Source: Lingula anatina (Eukaryota; Animalia; Brachiopoda). From it: a stretch of 64,000 bases of DNA. The notes below the pieces were generated by a model. The model did no database searches. It was given only the letters and a program-made list of their open reading frames with translations, and was not told the DNA's origin. Location: assembly GCA_051362555.1 (NCBI GenBank), contig CM120640.1:14446001-14510000 (forward strand), written 5' to 3'. The position numbers were made by a program, and so were the translations under genes. Below, in pieces: positions 48,901 through 63,700 of the stretch. How positions within the stretch are numbered: position 1 is the stretch's first letter; each line of letters starts with the position of its first letter.

Positions 48901-51900
48901 CAATAAATTTTGTTGTCATAACTGAAAGTTTGGCAGTACTAATTATTATGTCAATAAACCAGATCTAAATAAATTGTACCTCTCAATGAGACAGAAATCA
49001 TGTAGTGAAGAATTTTGACACTGAAGATTATACACGCATAGTGAATTTAATTTTACTGTAATTATTTACACCATTAACATCAGGTATAAGTGCCCTTATG
49101 TTCTACATGTAAAACAACACACCATGACCACTATATGTTACCTGTAATATCCGTGTATCATCATTGTTGTGTATTTATATCTTTCAAGCACCTGTGTGTA
49201 TGGTATTTTGCTACCATTTTTGATATAAACCTATAACCATATATATACCAAACTATAAAGAAACCAAACATCCCAACCTATATCGACAGAATAAGATTTT
49301 ATGTTTGAAGTGTATACCAGGGCCTGGGCGAACTTAGAATTTATCTAACCTATACTAAACTAACATTACTAATGGCAGGCACATACCACACATCCTTTTT
49401 TTATTACTCAAACAGTCCACTTATTTCGGAAACTAGGTACCATGTTTTTGTTTTTGGCTTTTGGAGAACTGAGAAAAATGATACGGACATAGTCCAAAGG
49501 GCAAAGATAGGGTGAGGGCATCTTTTAGCAAAATTCAAGATTTTGTCAAAATAAGATTAGTTTCTTCCATTCCCTCTGCAACACACAAATGGAAGCACGC
49601 ACATGCAAGGCTATCTGGTTCTGCTTCCCCCATTAAAGGGCATGTAAAAAGAATGAATGGACCAACAATCTTTTGTGTATGCATGTGTGTACCCATGCCT
49701 TATTGAAGTATAATTTTGGTATTTAATATTAATGATATACTTGGATATTGCAAATTATTATTAAAATATTAATGAAGTCTTTTAGGGCACACAAACGGGT
49801 GCTTCTCTTAGTATATTGAATGCACAGAAAATGTCTAGAATTGTCATTCAGAATTCACACAAAGTTTACGAGTGATTTCACCTGAAGCCAAGATTTCAGA
49901 TTTGTCAGCAGATTTTTACACCTACATGTACGTATATAGCGTATGCTTTCTATGTTATGGTGATTAGACAATTTTCACCTCACAAAGTTCTTTAGTGCTT
50001 TAAAACTTTAAAGTTTTAGCATGTGGCTTAGGTTTTACTGATTTACTGATTTAATCCAGCGTCTAAAGGGGATACCCCACACTTAGACCTTTACTAAGAG
50101 ATTCTTAGCTTGGTCTTAAGGAGCCTCTTGCATGTTGTTAGATAAACACTTCAATGTAGGTGGAAAAGGTTGTTGATTTAGCAGATCCTTGCTTTCTCAT
50201 TTTACCGATTTGGTTCAAAAAAGCTATTACACTACTGATCAGAAGTAAATATTTCAGAAAAGAATCTGTTCAAAATATTTTATCTGGTCTGAAATTGGCA
50301 TGAAAAGAGGAAAGGAAAACGGAATGTTGAATTTCCTTATTTATTTTGCTTTTGGCACGAATTTTAGACACTGCATGTTTGCCAATCATGTTAAGGGAAA
50401 GTTCTCAGCTGTGTAAAATATTGTTCAATTGTTATTGTTTGCTGAATTAATTAACACAGTTGATCAAAGAAAGAAAAGTGACTGTCTGTGTAATTGGCAT
50501 TAATATATAAAGGCATCAGAATCTAATACAAGATAATATTGAATGTATAATCAATGGTTTCTGGGGATTTTAATAAACTTTGCTTGTAATTGGCTAACAT
50601 TCATGGGACAGCAGATCTGCCGCATTTACTCAGGAAGGTTGATTAAGTATACTGTGATCAAACTAGAAAGTTTGGAATATTATTTTTTGAAACACCATAT
50701 GTAAAAATGCATAAGACAATGGCATATTTCAAAAATCTAAATGAGTTTTGAGTAGTGTTCCTTTTGTTCTTATTTTAAGCTAGTTTAAAAGGTTATTTCA
50801 GTAAATACTTACACGAATACAGCTATAATTGCTCACTCTGGGACCTGGAGTGATGCTATAACCTCAGATTTACGAATTAATGAATTTATTCTTTCGCAAA
50901 TTTGAAAATAAAAAAGATATCTTACAACTTAAATTTTGAAATTTTATTTTACACTACAGATGTTTTTTCCCCTTATTTTGGCACAAACAATTTGGGCAGT
51001 TGATCATTAATTAGGCTGAAGAAAAAATGCACATACCCAGGCACAAATAAGTATGTTTGCATACAAATATACTACTGTGCCTGAATTTGCCCTTAAAATG
51101 CATGTATACAGGTAGCAGTTTTTTTTCTTGAAAGTAATTGCCATGCAAGATATAATTTTGCCTTACATCTAATTATGAAAATAAAAGTAAATTAACATTA
51201 GGGCTGCAGCATAAAAACAAATCCTCTGGAAGACAAGTTAGAGATGTGACAAAGCACTCAAGGGAAATAACTTCAGCAAAAATCATTTTCATTTCATTAA
51301 AAATTGATACTGAGTTACATAATTCTTTACACTATGTCAGAAGCATTGTGCCCAGAAAGATCATGTACAGATTTTATGGCTCAGTAGTTAAAATATCCTG
51401 TCGTAAGCAGCATTTTGAACACACTAGTCTTCAAAAACTTTTTTCTGTGAACTAGCCATGTTGTCCGCAAGAATATAACTTTCTGATTGTCAGACATATT
51501 GAGGGTTGTTGCACAGGTCCTGGTATACATTTCAAACATAACAGTGGACAGGTTGAGTTCACAGGTGAAGTTAGTAATATTTGATCCCAACCAAGGGTGA
51601 CTCTAGTTTTCACCACTGTTATTAAAACTGAGCAAATAATTTTATTCTAACAAGAGTGCATTATGTAATATATAAAACTGAGCAAACAACTTTAGTCTTG
51701 ATTATGTGAGGCGTTATTCCTAGGATTGACATGCATGACTACAGATGAAGTTTTTCATCTGAAAAACACACTGCAGTGCATTTTAGGCATATTTTGAGCA
51801 AACCATAAAAATTGAAGAATAATTCCTCAAACTTGGTTATTGCCTTGCAAAAATGTCTGGCATCGCACTTAGATAAGACAAAATAACATGCATACAAACA

Positions 51901-54900
51901 AATAATGCAAAAGTTAGAGATTTTACTTATCTTAATAATGCCATAATAAGAGATTATGGGTCAATGTGCATGAGATTTTAATCCTTGATGAGGCCATAGA
52001 TTTTGATATTGAAAGATTTGAAAGCTGTGGCACCTAATCTACTAATGCATAAAGAAGGGGATTATGGTTCTTTCCTGTGGCATTTCATGAGTACAAGAGT
52101 GCCCTGAAATGTCTATAATTGGAAGTGAGTAACGGAAATGTATTGAATATGTTTTTAAAGTAATAATAGATCATCAGCATATATCTCTATATAATAGCTT
52201 TTAATATATGTCTCCACACTTGAGACACAGTTGAAATATGTTTTAATGTCCAGTTAAATTTATGATTTAGCTGCTGATGACCTTACTAATTGGAAAGCAC
52301 TAAGGCAATTGACATAACTTTAGGACATAGAACTAACCAAGCATCATTCCTGCTCTGAAGACATTCTTGATAGGACTAGTTAGCACTTAGACTTACTTGG
52401 TATCTATGCAGTTGTTAGAATAATAGTGCTCAATGCAGCTGCAGAACTGTTTAAAATGAATCTGAATAGTGAATGCATTATCTTGTATCTAGGATGAAAC
52501 AAAATAGCTTACATTAATCTAAAAATCTCGTGCATCAGTACTAGTATATAGAAGTTTACCATAAACCTCAACTATGTTTGTGGTTAAGTTAAAGTTAAGT
52601 AACAGCACATGAGCAATCAATAGTTTTGTTGTAAAAAGTTGTTGTTTTACCTTTTAGACAAGTAAGCTTTTGAAAAATCCTCCTTCATAGTTGATTTTTT
52701 CTTCAATTGATGAAAAAAAACTTACTCATTCTTTGTTATTCTTACCTGTATGATGATTTCAAATGAGAAACAAGAGTATGTAAGAAATGTCCTCCTTAAG
52801 TGTAAATGTCATACTCATTGCTTGATAAGCACCTCGGTGTCATTTAAAGTTACTAAATGACATGATCCTGCTCAGGAAGGTTATTTCGAAGTGCTATCAC
52901 ATCGCTTCTGCAATTTCTCCCTAGTTTATAATCAAAATACAACCTTCTTTTAGATCGATATTCTTATTGTCAGAAACTGTTTCTAATTTCATCCCATAAA
53001 TGTACTAAGTTATTGGATTTGTGACTTTAATTGCACTTACCTAGCTGTGTGACTGCTGCAATGTAAAGCTCTCTGTGATGTTTCTCACAGAATTACCACT
53101 ACCCATTCAGCCAGTGACCTCTTTGATTGAACTAATAATTATGTACGAGTTACCTCAATAGCCAACTATAAAAACTACAAGGTATCGATTTGTTGACAAA
53201 AGTCAACTTCATACTTAGACTACACATCCGCACTGTAAAGAATTCAACAATGAGTTTCTAATATAACAGATGATTGGTTGAATCCACTGACCTAATTCTG
53301 TACACCAGTGGTGTACCCAGTATAGCAAAATTATTTTTTTAAGTGGTTTTATCCCAACTGGTTACCTGACAGGTCCTATTTACTTTGATGAAATGTGCAT
53401 TTGGAAATAAATTACTAAGAAAACCCCAAAGCGTTCCGTTTGAGGGCAGATTCTCATGATGTGTTTTGGGTTTATTGTAAAAACATTGTGGTGATTTTTT
53501 TCTTCAGGTAAGCACTCATAAATGCTATGCAGATATCCTGCTTAATTCTCCTAGTCTTCACATTTCTGGCAACTTATGTATCAGAAGTATGACAGAAACC
53601 AGATGACATTTTGACGTCAAATGTGGTGCAACATCATTAATAAATCACACAAATGCATTGGGAAAAATTGTATTTAAAACAAGACTATTGGCAAGAATCA
53701 TCTACTTTGGATTTCTGTTTATAGCATTGTGCTCAGCATTGCTATCTCTCTATACAACTCATCTTTACCAAGAAAAATATACTGTACAGAACTGCAGCCA
53801 GTATTCTCTCTGAAGCTGTGGGCAGACACCTGCTATTCAGCAGATTCCACAAGCTTATCATAATAAAGTACCATACCTGGAAATTGGCAGCAATTAGGGT
53901 GTCAGTTTCTAAACTGAACTACTGGCTGCTGAGTGTTAAAAACCCTCCTAGGGTTTAAGTATGAGATGGTCAAACTCTCTTATCTCTTCACTATTAGTAG
54001 ATAGATAACTGACCACTGCTCACCAGTGGCTACTATGTGTTTGGCCAGATGCTGACGATCAAGGCTAAGTTCACATAAGCTTAATCTAGACCTGTTCTAA
54101 AATGTTTTTTTTTTCTTTTTGGATCAGTTAAGGATGTTCTCATTATATAGGTTAATGGTCTACACATGGATGATAATGATTCCCATTTGGGCCAGGTGTA
54201 TCATTTGGTTGACTTGATTTTCAGTCGGGTAATTGCAGTCAGTTCACTTTTCTGGCTTGATCAAACTTTAAAAAAAGGAGTGTCATTTTGATGTGATAAA
54301 TATACAAGTACTGTACAGGTATGAACTACTTATTATTCCTTTCAAGTTAAAACTGCAGCAGAAATAGTGTCAGTAAGAGCATATTCAGAACAGTGGACTA
54401 ACAGATCTGCAGATCTAGTATGGCCAACCCACTTGAATGCTTGTTGCATAATCCCTGCCAGGAAGCTATTCAGTGTCTAATCAGGAGTTCAGCAACAAGC
54501 TTTTAAGCGGGTTGCCATATTTCATCCGCGGATCTGTTAGTCCACTGTTCTGAATGCGCTCTAAGCCCATTGTAAACAGAACCCATGTCCAGCAGGGGCA
54601 CATGTTCCAGTGGTTCCCTAGTGAGGTTCCCACTGCTGGCCAAATACACAATATTTACCCCATAATCAATGAGAAAACAACTTTGATGTAATAATGGCCC
54701 AGGTGGAGGTGAAATTCCATGGGGCTCTATGTAACCCAAGGACATCATCTAGTGGTATTTCTATATATACCACATAAACTAACCAGTGCATTTATTCAAT
54801 TTCGCTCAACTTAACCCGTCTTCTGTGAGGCACACACCAATTATTTTCTACAGATTATTGGGTGGAAGCTATTTTCCAGATAAAAAATCTTACCTGCATA

Positions 54901-57900
54901 ACCTTAACTCAGCAGGTCTGTTTTATGGATTAGCTTTGTTGGCACTTTCAGAGCCACATATTCGACTTGTGTGATATGAACTGAGGGAAACTTTTAAAAC
55001 TGAATACCTGCTATTGATTTCTATGGGTTTAGGCACTCAATACCAATAGCAGAGCTATCGTACAACAATGAACTTCACCTGAGGGTGTCAAAAATCTCCG
55101 TTTGTTTATGTAACTGGAAACCTTCTGCTGTCCTATCATTAGAGAGTAAAGTCAGTAAAGAGGAAAGACATTCCTTGCCTTAAATGTTTTAATTCAACAT
55201 CAAACCTGTCTTTCATTCTTCAGTTGGTGCTTATTAAAAAAACAAAACTAAGCAAAAATAACCATGTAATTAAGAGTGAATGCCTCTCATTTGGTGCAGT
55301 TTTTAAAAACATTTTGTTTAAATTAATCCCAATGAACTTTTTGCCATCTACAAAAGTTGAAGTTGGTTTAAGTCACATGGAACCACTGTGTTCTTCTTAT
55401 CTTTGTTGTCAATATGGAATGCAACTAACTAGCACTAACTAATTCATCAGAGAGTAACACTTCACTGATTGGAGTGCTTTAATGTTCAAGCATCCAGGTA
55501 AATAGATTAGGAAACATCAATTTTTTATCTTACGATTACAGCTGTATACCTTCATGGGATTATTTTCGTTCTGCTGTTACCTACCTGATTGGCATGCTAG
55601 ACACTAGCTGGTTCTTGTTGTGCCATGTAGAGATATTCGCCCTATGATGAGGTTCTAGTTTTTCTATGCCTGAAAAATTCCATAATATTCAAGTTATTTT
55701 GTGAAGGATTTTGCCCTATGGTGAGCATGCAGTTGTGCAATTTGCCCCACTGATAGGCATGAAAAAAAACAATTTACTCTGATTGGTTTATTTGGAAGGG
55801 TGTGTATTAGATGTTGTCACAGTTACAGTATTCTGAACTTTATAAACAATTAACCAAATACTCATGATATTGCTTGACTGTATAAATTTTCTTCAGTAGT
55901 TTTCTAGTCAGTCTCTAATATTTTCATAAAAAAGGAATTTAAATTCTGACATTCGTGCTCAAGTTTTGCCATGTTATTCAAGATAGTTATTCAGTTCGAA
56001 TCAGCTCATTTTGTTTGAAAAACTGGAATGAAACCCAAAGGTAATATTAAGCGTGATTAATGAGAAGATGTATGGCGTAGAATTACATGCCACCATTCAC
56101 AGGACTTCATGATTACTCATGTTTAACAGGGGAGGGTTTACAGAAAAGTTTGCAAGATTAATTTGCGTTTTTTGAAAATTTGAAAATGCTTTTGCATTCA
56201 ATTTTCAAATGCATAAACTGCAGTGTGAATTACATGGTTTGTGTATTGTTATTTTTTAACAAAAGAAGTAGTGTCACCTTACTCACTGTTTAAAGAAGTG
56301 GTTAAACAGTTTGAATAAACATGGCAGTGAGTCAAAAGACACTTTCTTCCTCTATTATTTACTAGTACATAGAAATTGATGTTTTTTTTGCATAATCAGT
56401 AAAACTAGCTCATGGACAAAATTTTGCTTTTAATAATTCTTTGAAGGTGTGACAGCCTAAAAGTAGCCCAACACAACCTGTCTGAAATCCTGTACCTACT
56501 TTTTTCATAGTAAAATATCATTTAAGATTTAAATCAAATGTGACTCATATGCTACATGAGCCTTAATTAATTCCATCAGGAGTCTGTCTTTGACTTTTGG
56601 TTACTTGCTTCATAGTGAATTAATGTTACAACTCAGTGGGTGAAAAATTGAAACAAACCAAGAACATTAACAAACTGCAAGTTGAAAATTGCATGCTAAG
56701 AATTGAAGGGATCAAAATTTGAACTACGTATGAGACATTGCATTTTTTTTAAGAATGAAAAATACAATTACTTGCATGGCAGTCAGTTGTGATCAGATTG
56801 CTTGAACCATCTCTCAAATCTAACTCCACTTTTATCGTCTTTATTATCAGTACTCTAATATCTTTGTTTAAATTGTCATTTGGAGTGCAGAAAAATATTG
56901 AAATTGGCCTGTTAATAATCCATGGTGTTATATTTTTCTAAAGCAGTTTGCTTAACGGTGCAAAGTTGAGGTTGATTTGTGCCTTACAATAGACAAAGCA
57001 GGGAGTGGTGGGCGCTGATGATACTAATTGCACACACTACATTGGGCACACTCGTGGGACTACTGGGAATCAATAATTTACATTCCCAGAAAACCTGTTG
57101 GGAAAAGATAACTGCAAAATGAATTGTAAATGCCATCATTACCACCTATAAAATACCAAATATTTGCTCTGGGTGCCAGTAAACATGCTTCTACACAGCA
57201 GGATTGCTGTGAATGTTCATTGACTTTTATGGATTCTTTTTTTATCAGATTTTAACAGACTTCTGAATCTTTCTGCTAAAATGGTTTCTATTACTTATTG
57301 TTATGTTGCAAGACAGAAAATGTATCAGTTACTGTGGGCAATTATCAGATTCATTATTGTTTGCCTAAATAGGTATAAGTATGGCATAATTATGGTTGAA
57401 ACAGTCTGGATCAGTTACATAGATGAGTTTATATGCAGTGACTGTTTTGATAGACTTCAAATGAAAACTGCTAAAAAACCAAAAACAATGTTACTGAAAC
57501 TTTTTTTCTATATTTTCATCAATATCCATGCATAACTTACACAAATCAGTTGAGCAAATAAGTATGATGGGTTTTCAAGATGAATTTCATTTAAAAATAA
57601 ACTGTTTTTTGTTGTCTTGATGTCTCACCCTTTCTGTGCTACAGCCAAGTGCCCTTGCATTACAAGTGCCCTTACGTTATAAGTGTAGGAAATCAGTTTG
57701 GCTAACACAGTGTAAGAGTGTGGCAACATCAAGAAATTTTCTTTCTTGTGGGTGGGAGAAGTTTGAAACAGTGGCTTGTTGTTTTAGAACTAACGATTTT
57801 ATTACTGTGCTGCCTGAAACCATTTTTTGCTTAAAATTGTGTCCTCAGCACATAACAGTATATTTACAATATATTTTATTCCTGCATATATCAGAAAGGC

Positions 57901-60722
57901 CCCCTTTGAGAGAAGAAGTCTTTTGGGGGTTACAATTTTTGTTTCTTGTGTCTTTCTTCTTTGGTTTTTTCATAGAGGTTGCCTGAGTGCAAACTGCACA
58001 TTTAAATGGTACTGTCATGATCAAGTTAAATAATTCTTAGAAGTTCACATTAAGTCACCGGTTTCAAGCTTCCAGAAATCGAATTTGATCAAATCGAGAG
58101 TGTTATAATCGTTTGTAGTTGGCAACATAAACCAATTATCTGATTTAAGCCTTGGAAGTTCAAATGATAACTGTAATCTGTTTTACTTGATGTAAAGGAT
58201 GATGCTGAGAACTTGAAGGTCAAGTTGTCCACAAAAATGATTTGTGATGCTTGTCTACAAATGAGAACAAGTAATTGGAGATGTTTTTTTTATCAAAGTA
58301 AACTTCATACTTATGTGAAGAGAGGGGGGGAGGGTCAGATTTTCATCATCTAACTTTAATTTTTATAAATATTCAAACACTCTTAGCACTGTTTTTTTAT
58401 AATAATGTGGCATTTGAAGTGCTCATTGACCTCACACTGCCTTTTATGAAATTTACTTTTTTGATTATGTATATAATTTGAATATATATATTATCATTCA
58501 AATTGGTTCTCATATTTCTTTTAGTAGTCTATTGTATTTATACCATTAATGTAAATGAAAAATTTAAAAAGTAGATCTTTACCCTTGCATTTGTTGATCA
58601 GAGGCAAGAGCAATTTTGCCTTACCATATCTACTTAAATCAGTTTTAATGAAGCCTTACAAAAACAAAGACCATAATACATAGTTTGCACCTGGGTATTT
58701 TTATCATTTCTTTTCAGAATTAGAAAAAAGACGTAATTCTCTAGTATGATGCAATCAGACCCACCCATCCCCTCCTACAAGTTTCAATCAGTTTCAGTAA
58801 ACCCCCACACATTTAAAGATCTTACCACTTACGTTTACACCTGGGCGTTATGAATTACAACACTGGATAGATATGTAAAAAAATATCTGATTACTAGAGA
58901 TAGGTTTGAGACGGAAACATTATACATACGATTACTAACAAGCTTACTTTGGTGCGCCCACTAGTTATACTTTTTTCATGTTGTTTCCATGGAAACTTTA
59001 TCTCATCCCCAGTTTCATTTCCCTCACACCATGCTGGTGTCAGGGGAATACAGATATCATTCCGTGATAGTTCCAGCTGAAATTGTCGAAAAATGTTGTG
59101 AACCTTTTTTGCGCCATTCATCACCAGACCTAATCAAGGTGCCACTTATGTCATTTGTTATTTCCCATTTTTTTTTGATTCATTAGTGCAGGATGAAAAC
59201 ACTCCCCAAGTTGAGTGATAAAAAGTTAGCTTAATGGGGGGAAAAAAGGAACATTGTAGGTAATTAGGACTGGTAGGTAATCAATTACAAAGCAGTGTCA
59301 ATAATAATAATAAGGTAAAAGGTACTTTCATCATGGCAAACCAGTAGGTACATTTTGAATTGTTCTGCAATTTTTCACATGCAGGTTCAATATAGGTAAT
59401 CATATTAATAACAGTTGCATGTTTGTAAACATGCTCACATGCATTAATATGGAATTATGCATGGCAACATGTACACTTTCTCTCCTCCACACACACACAC
59501 ACGCACACACACACATTAAATTATGTTATGATAAATCTGAAAAGGTGTCTTGTAGTGTCCTTGACTCAAACCTTACTCCTTAGCCAGATTTTTTTGTTCC
59601 AAAAATAAATTGTCAACAAGAACCTATTGCATTATTATAAGTAATGATTTTGAAGAAAGAAATGTCCAATTTTATGTTTATTTCATATAAATTTCAAATC
59701 ATTCTGTTTTATAGATCTAGTTATTATGCTAGAGACCATATGGACATAGAAGTAAAAAGAGTCCATAAAGAATAGTGGTATCTATTAGTGGGTGATAGTA
59801 AGTATTAAATAGCTAGGGAATTGAAGTTTTACCCATGTTTTATTTACTTTTCAATGCTTTCTGTTGAAGTCAAAGTTGTTTTTTCAAGTCAAACCAATTT
59901 TGGTAGTTTCATCAAGACTATTTGAACCTATTTCTTCATTGCAATGATTTTTTTATGCTCCTGTCTTGCTTACATAAACACATAAACCAGTTGTTTATTA
60001 AGCAAGCTGAGCCCTCTCTCACCTCAGCCAATGCTCCGTGTTATTGACTTATAAAACACTATATTGTGGTGTGATTGCCATCAACTCAATCCTTTATCAC
60101 CCAGTGTTTTCAAGTTTCAGTATCACAAGTTGCATTATCACTTCACAACCAAATGAATTAGAATTGCCAAGAACACAATAGGTGTCCGTGTCCATGTACT
60201 GTGTCCCTGTGCCATGCACAAATGAGAGCACTTTGTGACTCTTCTCTCTTGAGAATGACGTGTGTCACGGGAAGATGTTGATGTGATGAAGATGTCGATA
60301 AGTTCATAAACAAGAAATAACAGTTTGTCTTGTCCTCCTCTGCTGTTCAGAACCACAATTTCTTGTAATCCCCAGGCCAAGAGTAATTGAGTGAAAAACC
60401 TGTTAAAAGCCTTGCAAAAGCTCAATTCCAGTCTCTAATAAAGTGTATTGATCCAATTTTTGAGAATCAGACACTGCTGTGATACCAAAGCTAACTGGTT
60501 GGCATGTGTACAAATTACTATAGAGCTCGCAGAGCTGGTTTTGAAAATGGATAAACTTGGTGCTGCGCACAATTTCCTTACCATTTTTCCCCCTGTTGAG
60601 TTTGATCTGATGATGTTCAAAGAATATTGATAAAACAGTTAAAATCAAGACAAAAAATCTCATATGCAAAGATTATGCATTATTGATGGGTTGTGGTTTT
60701 GCAATCTGAACTTTTTCTTCTC

Positions 60723-60766
<44 letters not shown>

Positions 60767-63700
60767 TTTTCATACATACGTTAATGTGTAACTTGAGCTT
60801 AATGTAACAAACCAGAATATAGGAAGTAATATCTTTTTTTTTTGTTTATTTGCAGGCAGTTTGCAGACTTTTGAAAGAAGTTACCAACAAGCAGAAAAAC
60901 CAGCCTGCTTTAACATCTTCTACAGCCTCTGTAAGTAAGGGACCTACTTGGCTTCACTGATGCCAAATTACTCAGTTCTCATGTGTGTCTGTAGTGGACT
61001 CTTTGACACAATTCTCAGTTTTGAGATGTAGCTCATTTTGGTTCATGAGGATTTTTACCTGGAGCTCTTGTTAAAAAGTTAACCCTATTATTCTGCATAA
61101 AAATAACTTTGCAATTCTCAAGAGAAGGCGCCCTAAGTATGAATCCTATTTACTTCAAAGTCCTAGCTCTGTATGGCCACAGCAAGGGGGAAGGTATAGA
61201 TATTACAGGTACAAGAGAAACCTTGTCTCAATTTTCAGGGGTCCCAAGATTGGTGCTCTGTTACTGTAGATTCAGCAGGTAACATTAGACATTGACCAGT
61301 GGGATTGTGGGGAAAGCTAGCAGGAAAACCACCAGATGTTTTCTTTTCTTATTCCTATTGATAAATGATACTGTTTTTCAACCTGTGGATGTTTTTCTCA
61401 ATATTTTATCACAAAAAACTGGCACAAAGCAATAATTAGTTCAAAATGTGTTGACAAGTTGAGAATTGAGAATGTTTATTTCTTTCTAACTTTTATGTCT
61501 TAAGAAGTCACAGTTTCTTTACAAAACCAAGTTTTTTTATTTTTGAAATTTTAAAAAGTAATTTTAGTTTGGAAAATAAGTGAAAATTTTAAGAAGTAAT
61601 TTTAGTCTGGAAAATAAGTAAAAAAAAAGAAACCCCACAGTTTTTAGAGTATGGTAAGGGCATCTTGCACATATCAGTAAAAACTACAAAATGCATTTTG
61701 GGAAGGTATCTTTATTAAGTATAAAAAATAAATTTCTGATCATATTAAGATCATGCTGTCAGCCTTAATATGTGTGAATTTACCCCCGCCTTCTCACTTA
61801 CGTCATCCTAGACAATTGAATGAAAACTTTGCTCAGTCACCATTAAATTGGAATTACCCAGTCAATTTGCAGGCATCTAGAAAATGGATTTTTACTGTTG
61901 ACCAATCAAGACTGTCTGCAATTGAAAGAGAGAAAAAAAAAGTTAAGAAAAATTGAGAGGCTTTTTGCACAGATGTTAAAATACAGATTTTAAGGTCTCT
62001 AATGTTTTAAAAGTCATTCAGTATAGTAATGCAGTGATTGACATTCTGATCTATTGTTAGATTATTGTAAATTTATATTCTCACCACACCTTTTTTACCA
62101 ATAAATAACTGCATTGATAACAATAATAGCAACATAAATTTAGACAGAAGTTTTTAATCTCTGATATTCCAGAAACCTTGAACTTGTATTCCTAAATGGA
62201 TCTATTTCACAATGCCCTACCACAAGCAACTCCCACATTAATTCGAGTTCAAGTAAACTTTTCTCAGTCTCAGTGTTAGATATGGATCTTGTCTGCTGTA
62301 GCAATGTACGATAACTAAAGGCTTGCCATTGTGTGATATTATATTGATATTCCAGAGGGAGTGATGTCCTAATGCCATGATGGGAGGCCAGTTTACACAG
62401 CCAAATACTGAGAAAATTTCTTTCCTCCCCAGCCAATTGATTACACAGCTATGCTTTCAAGGAGAACATTCGGTTAATGATGACTGGTTCTGTGTCAGCT
62501 CTGTTGATATAATGGCAGTCACAATTTTTACATCTTATGCATTTCTGAAGCTTTTTCACTAGAATGCCCACTAATCAGAGCTTTTTAGGTGAACTTCTGC
62601 TTTTCAGAAACTTCAGCTATTGATCTGATGGAATAAAAACATGAAATTGTGTATCTTTAGCTGTAGGATATAGTACAGTCCCAGAGAAAAGTTGTCCAAG
62701 GGTTACAAGTATTGATATCAGGATTGACAGCTGCTTGCTCTCTATAATGCTCCATGTTATTCTATAATTAAAGGTGTACTATCTATCTTAAAAAAATAAA
62801 ATGTCCCAAAGTCATATTTTCTATGTATACATATCCTACAAAGCTACTTATCCTTCCCAATTCAGATCTTAAAAAACAATAAAAACTGCAAGTAGAAGTG
62901 CATATGTCAATATTTCCTTCTGAAATATACAGGAGGACATGGTAGTCTAAACGTTACGGGAAACATTTAGAACTAAATTATTTAATTAATAATCATGTAA
63001 CACATCAAAATTTTAAGTGCAGGGATGGTCTAGCAGTGATTTGTGAGCTGAAGAAAATTACTTTTTTTTTGAAGAAAAATTTGTTTTGGCAGAAAAATCC
63101 CAGCGATGTAACCTTTAACTAGAAACTTTATGAAAGCCATTCAGGCATGAAGTTTAATTGAGTTTGTGTCTGGCATGCCCTACATGGTGACATTGTTTGA
63201 TTTCAGCCACACGGATGATTTAAAAATTCGTAATACTGAATGCTTTTTTGGTGTCAGTTGCATTCATTCTTGCAGTATCCTAGGATTTCACCCCAAAATT
63301 CAACTGCTTCAAATTAAGATGGCTTGTGCATCACTGGCCACTTTCAGAACAGATGATCCATGGACGAACTGATCTGCAGACTTAATATGGCTGTCCCCAC
63401 TTGAACACTTGAAAGCAAAGCTGCCTAATTCCCTAATGGTCTTACCACCTCCATTTAATCTCGGCCCCCAGGTTTAATTGCTAGACCCCTGCAGGGATGG
63501 CGCATGTGGAGACAGGGAGACCTTTAAGGAATTAAGGGGCTTTGCTTTTATGTGGGTCAGCCATATTTAATTTGTTAATCTGTTAGTCCACAGATCAATT
63601 TGTTCTGAAAGTGGCCACAGTTGTGAAAATTGTCTCCTATTATTTACATAACAAAACAAGTATGTGTTAACTTCTGTTTGATATATCATCCCTCTTTCAT

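Noticed and set aside
49000-60800. Short ORFs in the long FOCAD intron
   Set aside because: All are short with no motifs, consistent with random AT-rich intronic ORFs.
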